From the NCBI RefSeq assembly GCF_964355755.1, contig NC_092680.1, forward strand, positions 15,199,045 to 15,263,044: DNA of 64,000 nucleotides. The letters run 5' to 3'. Both the position numbers and the translations under genes were made by a program. The DNA is from Antedon mediterranea. Its lineage: Eukaryota > Animalia > Echinodermata. This document shows positions 12,701 through 35,121 of the stretch, in pieces; within the stretch, counting starts at the first letter, position 1; each line of letters opens with the position of its first letter. Below the pieces are notes generated by a model. That model was not told the DNA's origin. It saw only the letters and a list, made by a program, of their open reading frames with translations, and did not search any database.

Positions 12701-15677
12701 AGCGAGGTTTCGATCCTCGGACCTCTGGGTTATGGGCCCAGCACGCTTCCGCTGCGCCACTCTGCTGGATGAGTATTAGAAAGAGTTAAAGAGAAATAAT
12801 TTATGGAAAATTCGAAATACGTGTGAATTAAAAACACAAATTAGCAGAGAGCGAGGTTTCGATCCTCGGACCTCTGGGTTATGGGCCCAGCACGCTTCCG
12901 CTGCGTCACTCTGCTGGTTGAGTATTATAAGAAAGAGTTAAAGAGAAATAATTTATGGAAAATTCGAAATACGTGTGAATTAAAAACACGTGAATTAAAA
13001 ACACAAATTAGCAGAGCGAGGTTTCGATCCTCGGACCTCTGGGTTATTGGCCCAGCACGCTTCCGCTGCGCCACTCTGCTGGATGAGTATAAGAAAGAGT
13101 TAAAGAGAAATAATTTATGGAAAATTCGAAGTATGTGTGAATTATAAACACAAATTAGCAGAGCGAGGTTTCGATCCTCGGACCTCTGGGTTATGGGCCC
13201 AGCACGCTTCCGCTGCGCCACTCTGCTGGTTGAGTATTAGAAAGAGTTAAAGAGAAATAATTTATGGAAAATTCGAAATACGTGTGAATTAAAAACACAA
13301 ATTAGCAGAGCGAGGTTTCGATCCTTGGACCTCTGGGTCATGGGCCCAGCACGCTTCCGCTGCGCCACTCTGCTGGTTGAGTATTAGAAAGAGTTAAAGA
13401 GAAATAATTTATTGAAAATTCGAAATACGTGTGAATTAAAAACACAAATTAGCAGAGCGAGGTTTCGATCCTCGGACCTCTGGGTTATGGGCCCAGCACG
13501 CTTCCGCTGCGCCACTCTGCTGGTTGAGTATTAGAAAGAGTTAAAGAGAAATAATTTATGGAAAATTCGAAATACGTGTGAATTAAAAACACAAATTAGC
13601 AGAGAGCGAGGTTTCGATCCTCGGACCTCTGGGTTATGGGCCCAGCACGTTTCCGCTGCGCCACTCTGCTGGTTGAGTATTATAAGAAAGAGTTAAAGAG
13701 AAATAATTTATGGAAAATTCGAAATACGTGTGAATTAAAAACACGTGAATTAAAAACACAAATTAGCAGAGCGAGGTTTCGATCCTCGGACCTCTTGGTT
13801 ATGGGTCCAGTACGCTTCCGCTGCGCCACTCTGCTGGTTGAGTATTCCAAAGAGTTAAAGAGAAATAATTTATTGAATTTCGAAATACGTGTGAATTAAA
13901 AACACAAATTAGGAGAGCGAGGTTTCGGTCCTCGGACCTCTCGGTTATGGGCCCAGCACGCTTCCACTGCGCCACTCTGCTGGTTGAGTATTAGAAAGAG
14001 TTAACGACAAATAATTTATGGAAAATTCGAAATACGTGTGAATTAAAAACACAAATTAGCAGAGCGAGGTTTCGATCCTCGGACTTCTGGGTTATGGGCC
14101 CAGTACGCTTCCGCTGCGCCACTCTGCTGGTTGAGTATAAGAAAGAGTTAAAGAGGAATAATTTATGGAAAATTCGAAATATACATGTGAATTAAAAGCA
14201 AAACTTAGCAGAGCGAGGTTTCGATCCTCGGACTTCTGGGTTATGGGCCCAGCACGCTTCCGCTGCGCCACTCTGCTGGTTGAGTATTAGAAAGAGTTAA
14301 AGTGGAATAATTTATGAAAAATTCGAAATACGTGTGAATTAAAAACACAAATTAGGAGAGCGAGGTTTCGATCCTCGGACCTCTGGGTTATGGGCCCAGC
14401 ACGCTTCCGCTGCGCCACTCTGCTGGATGAGTATTAGAAAGAGTTAAAGAGAAATAATTTTTTGAAAATGCGAAATACGTGTGAATTAAAAACACAAATT
14501 AGCAGAGCGAGTTCTCGATCCTCGGACCTGTGGGTTATGAGCCCAGCACGCTTCCGCTGCGCCACTCTGCTGGTTGAGTATTAGAAAGAGTTAAAGAGAA
14601 ATAATTTATGGAAAATTCGAAATACGTGTGAATTAAAAACACAAATTAGCAGAGCGAGGTTTCGATCCTCGGACCTCTGGGTTATGGGCCCAGCACGCTT
14701 CCGCTGCGCCACTCTGCTGGATGAGTATTCCAAAGAGTTAAAGAGAAATAATTTATGGAAAATTCGAAACACGTGTGAATTAAAAACACAAATTAGGAGA
14801 GCGAGGTTTCGATCCTCGGACCTCTGGGTTATGGGCCCAGCACGCTTCCGCTGCGCCACTCTGCTGGTTGAGTATTAGAAAGAGTTAAAGTGGAATAATT
14901 TATGGAAAATTCGAAATACGTGTGAATTAAAAACACAAATTAGGAGAGCGAGGTTTCGATCCTCGGACCTCTGGGTTATGGGCCCATCACGCTTCCGCTG
15001 CGCCACTCTGCTGGATGAGTATTAGAAAGAGTTAAAGAGAAATAATTTATTGAAAATGCGAAATACGTGTGAATTAAAAACACAAATTAGCAGAGCGAGT
15101 TTTCGATCCTCGGACCTGTGGGTTATGAGCCCAGCACGCTTCCGCTGCGCCACTCTGCTGGTTGAGTATTAGAAAGAGTTAAAGAGAAATAATTTATGGA
15201 AAATTCGAAATACGTGTGAATTAAAAACACTAATTAGCAGAGCGAGGTTTCGATCCTCGGACCTCTGGGTTATGGGCCCAGCACGCTTCCGCTGCGCCAC
15301 TCTGCTGGATGAGTATTCCAAAGAGTTAAAGAGAAATAATTCATGGAAAATTCGAAACACGTGTGAATTAGAAACACAAATTAGGAGAGCGAGGTTTCGA
15401 TCCTCGGACCTCTGGGTTATGGGCCCAGCACGCTTCCGCTGCGCCACTCTGCTGGTTGAGTATTAGAAAGAGTTAAAGTGGAATAATTTATGGAAAATTC
15501 GAAATACGTGTGAATTAAAAACACACATTAGGAGAGCGAGGTTTCGATCCTCGGACCTCTGGGTTATGGGCCCAGCACGCTTCCGCTGCGCCACTCTGCT
15601 GGTTGAGTATAAGAAAGAGTTAAAGAGGAATAATTTATGGAAAATTCGAAATATACGTGTGAATTAAAAGCAAAACT

Positions 15678-15749
15678 TAGCAGAGCGAGGTTTCGATCCT
15701 CGGACCTGTGGGTTATGAGCCCAGCACGCTTCCGCTGCGCCACTCTGCT
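15678..15749 (-). tRNA. tRNA-iMet-CAT: Terminal copy of the tRNA-iMet array (C33T and anticodon-stem/variable-region variant)
   Basis: Plus strand reads cctgtgggttatgagcccag instead of cctctgggttatgggcccag. The next 20 bp of spacer run straight into the retrotransposon tail. Confidence 0.85.
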
Positions 15750-15768
15750 GGTTGAGTATAAGAAAGAG

Positions 15769-18520
15769 TTTTTTTTTCTCTTTTGTGATTAACCACCACC
15801 TTTATTCATTCAATATTTCATACATATTTCGTTGACATTTAATTTTCATACATTAAATTTCCGTTTTCTACTTTTTTCGTTATTTTCTTATTTTTACTCT
15901 TTTAACCTTTATACATATAGTGTTTTGATTATATGCATACACAAACCTTAAAAACCTACACTTCATTTTGTACATGATATAATACTGTACATTTTAAAAT
16001 ACAAATATGGATGCCACTTATAAGTTACAACATGCCTAGTGTATTCATATCTTTTATAATATATTTAAACTGAATCCAAGGATTCCGGCATACAGGTTTT
16101 TGAAGTTCAGTTTTAATTTTAATTATGTATATTACGTACACAGCTATTGAATACAATTGATTTTTTAAATTGACATTTACTTCCTAACAGGAGTTCTTTG
16201 AACGAGCTACTGCCGTTATCTAGCTTTTTAAATATATTGTCATTTTTTTCCACAGTACTGTATTTGATTACGTCTACAATAATAAAACATATGTTTTTCG
16301 TCTTCAATGACTCCACAATTGTTACATATGTTATTATTTTTCAGTTTCCAGTTATACAGTTTTAGATTTGTAGGTACAATTCTATTTAGTAATCTATAAT
16401 TCAATTGGGCAAATTTCTTAATTTTTTCGTTTTTCACTTTTCTTTTCCAGACATCACACCAATTTGATATCTTCATTAAATATGTTATTCCATTTAAGTA
16501 TGCTTTTCGGAGGAATAAAAACATTATTAACAAAGTTAGAATAAACATCTTTTGTTGTCATCTTAATTATATTGTTGATATTGTATTCTAGATTCACATT
16601 CATATATTGGTTCATATTTGGCATATTATGTTTAATTATACTTAACCACTCTTTTGGAATAGCTCTAGTTAAAGAAACATATTCAGCTATCCAGTTTTTC
16701 TTAGTACGAAGTTGTTTAATTATTTCTATAGGTTTCATTAGACGATTGAAAATAATTATATCTCCAATTTGATTAAAACCTGCATCTATCCAGTTCTTAA
16801 AGAATAGTGGTTTGTTTCTATATTTAATAAAATTATTACCCCATAGGTTTTGCTTTATCACTTCTTCATACTTGTTAATTGTACCTTCAGTATTCATATT
16901 ATTAAATTCAACAACACTTTAGAACATTATAATAAAAAGATGATATATCATCTAAGCCCATGTTATTTTTAAAATTGATATTTGACATACTTAAAATTAG
17001 TTGTTTGGTTCCAAATTTGTTAAAATAGAATAGTGGTAAGATTTTCCATCTTACGTGTTTTCTACACAGTAATTTTCTTGCCCATATCATTTTCAGAGAG
17101 TTTATGTGTAATGCGAAATCAGGCATACATATGCCCCCTTTAATCATTTTACCGATTAAAGTTTTTTTCTTTATTTTTTCAGTTTTTCCATTCCATAAAA
17201 AGTTATATATCAATTTATTTATTTTAAAAATAACATCATCTGGTACATCAATTATACATGCATTGTATGTTAGTTTAGACAAAGCTAAACTTTTTAAAAT
17301 GGTAACATTGCCAAAAAAGGTTAGGTTTCTTCCTTTCCATGTATTGAGTAGCATTTCTAAGTTTGCCACCTTACTATTCCAATTTAATTCACTGCATTTG
17401 TTCTCATTATATCCCACATAAATACCCAAAATCTTAATTGGTTCATTAACCCAATTTAGACTGCATGGTTTTTCAATTTTGTTTATATTTTTGCCAATCC
17501 ATATAGCGTTGTTTTTTTTATTATTTAAATTCATACCAGACACTTTACCAAACTTATTAACAATGTTTAAACCAATCTCTATACTTTTTTCATTTCCAAC
17601 AAAGAGTACAGTGTCATCTGCCAGATGCGCAATGCGAACTTCCTCACCATTATCATTGTTAGGTAAAGATATTCCTTTATAGCATTTATCTTTTCTTATA
17701 TTACACGCCATAATTTCTACTACTAAAATAAAGAGTAACGCCGACAATGGGCAACCCTATCTTATTCCGCATTCCATTTCCAAACTTTCTGATATCCAAC
17801 CATTATTAACAATAACACATTCAGTTTCACTATAAATTGTATTTACCCATTTTAAAAAGGAGTCTCCAAAATTAAATTTTTTTAGTACCTTAAACATAAA
17901 ATCTCTATTTACAGAATCAAAGGCTTTTCTAAAATCAAGGGATAGAATAGCTCCTTCGATTTGTTCTTCTGTTGTATAATACAGAATATCATTAATTAGA
18001 CGGACGTTTTCTCCAGCGAATCGTCCCTTTTGGTCGTTGTCAACTACATTTCCAATTACTTTATGAAGTCTCATACATAGAATTTGAGTTAAAATTGTGT
18101 AGTCTGTATTTAATAAAGTGATAGGACGCCAGTTTTCAAGCAATTTTTTATCACCTTTTTTTGTATAATAGGCTTATAATACCACGTTTCTGTGTTGAAC
18201 TCATTTCATTGTTAAAATAACATGCATTTAGAGCGTCACAAACAATGTGTTTAATGTCATCCCAGAAATGTAAATAAAACTCAACGGTCAAGCCATCACA
18301 TCCGGGAGTTTTATTTAATTTCATTTTTTTAATTGCATTGGTACATTCATTTAGTGTGACAATACCTTCACATATCCCCTTTTCTTCTTCAGTTAAACTC
18401 GTTACATTTGATTTATCTAAGTAAGTGTTTTTTTTTAACGGGATATACCCTTATTTGCATATAGATGCCTATAAAATCTAAAATCTTCATGGGCTCCCGG
18501 ATTATATCTTTGGTTTTCAT
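15769..18520 (-). mobile_element. 5'-truncated, decayed L1/Tx1-clade non-LTR retrotransposon (ORF2 RT plus C-terminal Cys/His domain, 3' UTR, poly(A))
   Basis: Broken ORFs give TPGCDGLTVEFY...ENWRPITLLNTDY...SLDFRKAFDSV...GIR*GCPLSALLF...AHLADD...KILGIY...GGICMPD...CNNCGVIEDEKHMFYYC. Minus-strand AATAAA lies at ~15801-15806 and the A-tail at 15769-15777. No endonuclease domain is visible; there are a stop and frameshifts. The 5' end is approximate. Confidence 0.92.
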
Positions 18521-18670
18521 AAAGTTTTAGAAAACTCTACTCTCTTGGTGGCAGCATTTCCTGAATACCGCCCTCAATACTAACCACTGACTTTGTCACA
18601 CAATCAATCGATCCAGAAAGAACAATAAGTTTGTACACCACCTATTCGCGACCCAGATACCATTTATTAC

Positions 18671-28389
<9,719 letters not shown>

Positions 28390-31300
28390 ATAATAGCATA
28401 TTGTTGTTTTTTAGATGATGAATTTATTTTTCATAAATGATCGGTTGAGCTCAGAGTTCAACTCATAAGAATTTACTTTTGTTTGTTCATTTTCTGTGGT
28501 CGTCACCTGAGTTCTTTATAACATTTATACATCAAGCACATATTTTTAACTAAAGGACCGATTTATAGTGAAGAATAAGTTTATCATCTATTAATTAACA
28601 AGCTGTAATGAATTTGTTGTAATTGTTTTTTTTAATTTAAACTCTTTAATAACCTTTCCTTAGTCTTTTACATATGCATTTAATTTTACACTGAAATTAA
28701 TGATTATTGAAAGTTTTATTTAATTTAGACTTCCAATATTTATTAAAATAAATGAGTTTTTGTATTTGATAATTGAATATCCTTAATCGATCTATATTGG
28801 ACAGCCATACTTTTTTAAATACTTTATCTGTATGTCATACGTGTCATGTCTGCTGCCAACAAGCAATAACATCAGTGTTCAATGTTTAATTTGTGAAGAA
28901 GTGTGATCATGTGTAATCTCGATGGTTTCATAATTATATATTTTTTTTGCAGTTCTGCTAATGTATACTAGGTACTATTTAATATAATACCATATATATT
29001 TATATGGCCTGTCATTGGTAAAGTAAAGATGGGTGCAAACAACTATTTTTTTGCGGTATACAATCTTTTTAAGATGAGAATAGCATAATACCTAGTATTT
29101 ACAATCTCAAATATCTTTATGCAAAGATCAATGTATTCAATATGGTCTTCTTCCCTAATGATAAGAATCTTACTGTTATAATGTATACATGTTACAGTTT
29201 AGCAGTATTGTAATCTTATGTTTCCTTCTGAAATAAACTGACTTCTTTCTGGTAAAAAGTTGTTTTTTGTTAGATTACTGTCTCAATAAAATTTTATTTT
29301 TTACAAAAGCTAATTGTGAAATTGCAGACTTGTAATAAGACCTGTTTCTGCTGAATAGTCCGTTTATTTCAAAATGAATTTAAAATATAATTTTTATATA
29401 GATAGTCGACGGAAACCTATGGGATATGGACGTGCCCAGTTAGTTAATTCAAATGTTATTGCAGTGTAGTTGACTCGAGGTCAGCGGCTGTTAATCACAT
29501 GACCGTTATTTTGCATTGCAGCTAAAAGTTGCACAGTAATATCTGGCGTTCAGTTCTAACACTGAATCCATTGGATGTTTTTAACCATTATTGTTAGGCT
29601 GCCATTTAAGCGTTTACTTATAATTTGTCCTGTTTCTTCTCCCAGGAAATTGGAGTAATTTATTCAGAGTTATAATAACCAGTTATTTTTTGGCAGCAGA
29701 AACAGGACATAGTTGAAATGTGAAAAAATAATGCATGGCAGATAATACAAAATTAAGGATACACTTTTATGACTACCAATACATACCAATATATTGAGCC
29801 CAATCATGCTTAATTATTTACCAAGGTAACTTGGTTTCAATGGCATAGTTACTGCTAACGTTGGTCGGTAGTAACTTACCCAGGTAAATGACTGAGCATA
29901 AATGCCAATTTACACAGATGAGCAGTAATAGTAATAATAATGTAGAATCTACGTTATTCCTTATGACCATTTACACACACACACCACTCAGGATAGATAC
30001 AGACTGTAGGTGGACAAGCTATGCGGTTTTCTGCTTACTGTTACAACTCGTCTGTGTAAATTGGCCTTAAGAGGTTCTTGTCTATTTACAGATCATAACC
30101 TTCTGATTGTCTAAAATACAGTATTCATGTTACTACAACCTATAAGAACGATTGTTTTTGCTATTTTAACTTGAAAAAAACACACAACAAATGTTTTTTC
30201 TACACTTTTATTTCTTCACTTCCTCTCGCTATATTTGGTATCTGATCTTTTCATACACACATCATTTTGAACCATATTAATTGTTCACTTTCTACATAAA
30301 CACATCCGGTCTAACACCTGACCAGTGCAGTTATAAGTTGATAATTTTCAGTTCTCAAAAACCAAGACAGACTTCATAAATGTGTAACAATACAGAATTC
30401 ACTACTACTTACTCACTATCAAGATTGTCTAGTGGAAAAGGGGGTACAGAGGAAAAAACATTTTTTACCTATCTTGCTCAAAATCCTGTCATTGAAGAAA
30501 TGTAACATAGGATATACGCAATAAAGAGTAGTATTAATATAATGTAGTACGCGGTATATTTTCCCATGGTGCAGTCCACGTTTTACTGAGTCTGTATATT
30601 CACACGGTTAAAATAAACATTGCTTATCTTTTCAAAATTAATAATTAGCAGGATAAAACTAAATCTATAAAACCATATGTCAATTACAAGAGAACTTTGA
30701 AATATGGTTTGTTATATTTTATGTAAGCCTTTGAAATGAAATTATTAAAAATTCCATACACCAGATGGGGACAAAATGCTACACAATCCAATTCCAAATT
30801 GTACAAGCATTCTCATGTATTTGGTACATTTCATGACTGTTTGGGAACTATTTCTTACCAAGTAGACTTTCCCCAATCATGAATTTGAATCATTCATGAA
30901 ATTTTTTTAACCAATATTGATGCTGTAACACTCTTATTAGGAACGACCTCCGCAAAGGATGACGGAATTCTAAATTGTAATTCTAAACAGGTAATTGCAC
31001 ATTCCCACGAATTTGTATCCCTCTTTTCATGGAATGGTCAAATCAATTGGCAAATATTTCAATATTAAACTAAATATCGTAAATGGGCAAACACAGGAAT
31101 TACATATGATGTTGAACTAAATGATTTTATAATGAAATATAGTATAAAAACAGTACTGAAAACAACTAAATAAATGATCATACAGTCACTATTAAATCTA
31201 AACAGAATATAAAATAGCAAATCAATTCTGATATTTAAAGAATACAACAATTATTATATTGAATTCAATTTAAATAATAAAAAAAAAGATTATTGTATAC

Positions 31301-33953
31301 AAAATTGTATTGTATTAATTAATTAATTGGGTAATGTTGTTTTCATTATTTACAACATATTTATACAAGTTTATTAATAATATATGGAGTCAAAATTACT
31401 ATAAATTAACCATTTTGAAATAATTAATACCATCATTAAGTTATACCCAACATATAACATAGGCCTACATCTAATATTGTAAGTTCAAATATCAATGAAC
31501 AGAATCTAAAAAGGATTGAATTTTATATTACCCATTGTTGTTTCACAAGAATGACCCTCTTAGTGTCTGCAATTGAGGAATTCTACTGCAGCACACCCTT
31601 TTTAGCCTACTAGTACTAATTGTACTTGGGTTTAATGAAACAGTATGTACCTTTGATTTCTTTCCTAGATTTTTATGCTAAATTATTTAATTTTCTATAG
31701 TATTTTATTATCAAAATGACCAAATTCTCTGACTATCCATGCAAGTAAAGGTCTTTTAAACTATACTGGGAATAAGTCTTAAAAAATGAAAATAGTAACA
31801 CTGTTTTAAATAATTAAATATGCATATAAAATATAACTGATAACATGAACATTAGTTGATAAAGTATAACCAATCCAGTTTGTCATAACCCTTGTATCAT
31901 TACCCACAAAGTTAAACCCGTTTCACATGGCCTAGAAAATGTGATTTTACACACACCAGGGGCGCACACATACATGTGTTTTGAACACCCTGCTGTATGG
32001 TAACACCCCATGTGGGTTGAAAACCAGAGTTTTGTTAGTCGATACGAAAGAGCCATCAGATTGTAATTTGTAGCACCTACAACCACAATTCAATTCAATA
32101 GATCATGCACATGTGTACAAAGCAACCAGAGTTGTGATAACTTCAACAATTAACCTCAATTTCTCCACAATTATGCCGATTGGTAGTAACATGTAGTATG
32201 AAAATGATTACGAGATTGGAAAATGTCTCAGTCAATCCAGATGATATTAATCATATAGATATCATAAACCACTAGAAACATAGGATCAAAATGTGTGTCA
32301 ACATGGCAAGGAACCATCAAATATGTCTGCATCAATCGGCCAATCACATACCAGTTTTGAACCGTTTTTATTCTATAAAAGATTCTCAAAAATATGTAAA
32401 CATTTATATTTTTGAAGACTTATGAACAAGAAATTATTATATTGCCATTAAACAATAGTTAATTTTAATTTAAAACATTTCACGATTGATGTGGTTCTTA
32501 GAAAATGTATATAATTATTATCTTTATGTTTTGACCAGATATGATGGCCATGTTTTAGTTTCGTTCTCCTAATCACCTTAACTCAATCACCTTCTAGTGG
32601 TTTATAATACCTGTTTGGTTCTAATTTTTTTTATTGTGTACTGCAATGAATGAAATTAAACAAGGCTGATTAGTTGCACAATTCAATGACTTAGCAAAAT
32701 ACTTTCTCTTAAAATTATTCACAATGACAACATCACGTCAAGTAATTACAAATTGTTTTTAAACTGTGTTTACTCTACGAAGAAAATTTCAAATTTAAAA
32801 TACTGATATTTTTATACACACCAAACAATGTTGAAATCACATGATTATTACATACCTTATTAACAAATCAAAATTACTATCATTGGTATTGCTTGAAATG
32901 TTAAAAGGTGAAAGGTCAATAGGTTAAACTTAGTGCAGGTTCTGTGTGCTTTCTACTCATATGGTTTTATAACTATGCATAGAAAAGTGTGGATACAAGC
33001 AAAAATTTGAGAATCATTAGTGTTAAGCAGAATACAAGAGCCTGTTAACATGCAAACTATAGGCAATCAGACTCCTAACATGATTTCATAAATATAATAC
33101 GCAGTCTGTAGCGATAATTACCAATTTACACAATTGCTTTGACTACTGTAGCTGATACACTATATGGACATCAGGAATGGGTTTGACATAGAGGCTAAAA
33201 GTTAAAAAGTGTTCACCCAGGCTATACAATGTTTTCACTAGATAAGTTCTACAAACATATCACCTTTTTCCAGTGGACATGGACCTAACTAGCCTAACAG
33301 GACCAAAGACAACAAACAATTCACAGGCATGTATTAGCATCGCTTTCTTCCAGAAGACATGGACATACATGGCCTAATACGGCCCAACTCTTTACAGGCC
33401 TGTTCTAGCATGATCATTTGCATTAGTCAACTTTATACACTTTTCAGAAGTCCATTGCATTTCAATTTCTTATCAACTGGAACCCAATCCCATTGGTATT
33501 GACACATGACAGTGGTGTACAAAAGGTCACCAATAAATAATTGATATTGCAACCACTACTTGTTATTTTTAATCTTTATTTCTAGAAAAAACCTGTTGGC
33601 ACTTACACATGTGAACTGTCCCCCCATGGTGAAACAAAACTATAGTACAACATACTGTTATTGTCTTTTCCCTTGTCCTGATGGAAAACAGATGATAGAA
33701 CAAATAATCAAATAACACACACTATTTGTAAACAAACACTATGCTGTTTGAATGGATATGGATATTCAAATTTAAAATTAAAGCTGTTTAAATATGATTA
33801 CTAGACATTATTATTTCGTTAAATAAAACATGAAGCACCAAAGATAAATGGTAAAGCTTTCTGGTAGTATAGTAGTGGTACACGTATTTTACATAATTCT
33901 ACTGACATGCATTACATTTTGAGCCTTACTACATTTTTAAAGTGTTAACTTAA

Positions 33954-34294
33954 AGATGTATTGTCCCTCTGAACAATAATTTTTGTTGTTGAATATGTCA
34001 TTTTAATGTCACATAATAGTTATTGACTTCGAGCAAAATTTGGATTGAAAAACAATTTATTTACCTGAAAAAACTGGAATTTTAAGCAAAAAATGGCCAA
34101 ATTGGCTGCCAACCAAAGGATTATTCGTTGAATTTAACCATTTATCATGTTATTTATTATTATCAAGTGAAACATTATTTTTTTCCGTTTTTTTTTCTAC
34201 GGAAGTGATTCACTTTATTAAAACTACAAAATAACTTATCCAAATTTGATTTAATTAATCTTCATTTTTCATGTTTTTGGGGGACAATACATCT
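33954..34294. mobile_element. Non-autonomous TTAA-inserting TIR element (Kolobok-like), ~340 bp
   Basis: ttaa|agatgtattgtccc...gggacaatacatct|ttaa. Related copies lie at ~57076-57672 and, degenerate, at ~44890-45170. Confidence 0.7.
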
Positions 34295-34961
34295 TTAAGC
34301 ATAGAAATAAGTTAAAAATTGTACTACCCGATTGTATGTCTCTCTTGATATTAACATTTACAATTTTGTTTTACCAACAATTTTTATATGCTATTGAAAA
34401 AATTCTGATCTGATAATTATAGTGATATGCTATAGACTTTTAAAAATATTATTGAATCTATCAAAAATGTTATGTTTGTGCTTCCTTGTGTGTGCAAGAC
34501 ATTTTAAAAAGGCAAATCTTTATAAAAATTCCTGGACTTTTGCCAACGAAATATTTCATTAGATTTTGTTTTGGATCAGGTTGCTTATTACTTATTAATT
34601 ATTATTAACAATAAAAACATTTTCTCTAATATGAGTATTACGTATTTATTATTTGCTATTGGTAACCTTTTGTTCTACAGACAGAAACAGATTGACAACA
34701 AAAGTTATACTCTGCAGACATCCAAATTGGAAAGATTAAAGTATGCGTGGATGTACAGTATGTCTCTCTATGTTGTTTAGGTTTTAAAGTATTACAATAG
34801 AAATAAATATATACAAAACTTGATGGTCTTCTCTGATACTTATACAATTCTGTATTTCATTCAGGACATATTTTATGCTTTTTTTATGGATTCAAAATGA
34901 TATGTGAGTATCAATAACTTAGTGATATGATTCTGTTTGATGATATTCTTGATTCATCTTT

Positions 34962-35121
34962 AAGCCTGGTTCCCACTAGGACGTAGCGCAAGGACATAGA
35001 CGCAATGCAAGCGAGTTGACCAATCACACACGACTGTTCAAATAATCCATCGCTTGAGATTGGTCAAATCACTTTGCTTTGCGTTACGTCCTTACGTTGC
35101 GTCCTAGTGGGAACCAAGCTT
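34962..35121. mobile_element. Palindromic MITE (PIF/Harbinger-like, TWA target)
   Basis: aagcctggttcccactaggacg...cgtcctagtgggaaccaagctt. Relatives lie at 43036-43285 and 54634-54820. Confidence 0.75.

Larger units (their letters stand above)
1..15770 (-). tRNA. tRNA-iMet-CAT: Tandem array of ~105 initiator tRNA-Met(CAT) genes and variants, unit ~147-165 bp; runs off the left edge of the window
   Basis: The minus-strand unit reads AGCAGAGTGGCGCAGCGGAAGCGTGCTGGGCCCATAACCCAGAGGTCCGAGGATCGAAACCTCGCTCTGCTA. It has eukaryotic initiator hallmarks: A1:U72, three G:C pairs closing the anticodon stem, C33, anticodon CAT and T-loop ATCGAAA (A54/A60). Copy number is estimated from length divided by unit size. 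Confidence 0.97.

Noticed and set aside
81-15466. Repeated 64-157 aa ORFs (MAQRKRAGPITQRSEDRN..., MFLIHTYFEF..., MGPARFRC...)
   Set aside because: These are translations of the tRNA-iMet repeat in various frames, often from non-ATG starts, and are not proteins.
1-15770. CRISPR-like repeat-spacer appearance
   Set aside because: Spacers are near-identical rather than unique, the repeat is a 72-nt tRNA, no cas genes are present, and the context is eukaryotic.
16572-17682. Plus-strand ORFs over the retrotransposon, and antisense ORFs over PPIB/RASA1 exons
   Set aside because: These are shadow ORFs opposite real coding sequence.
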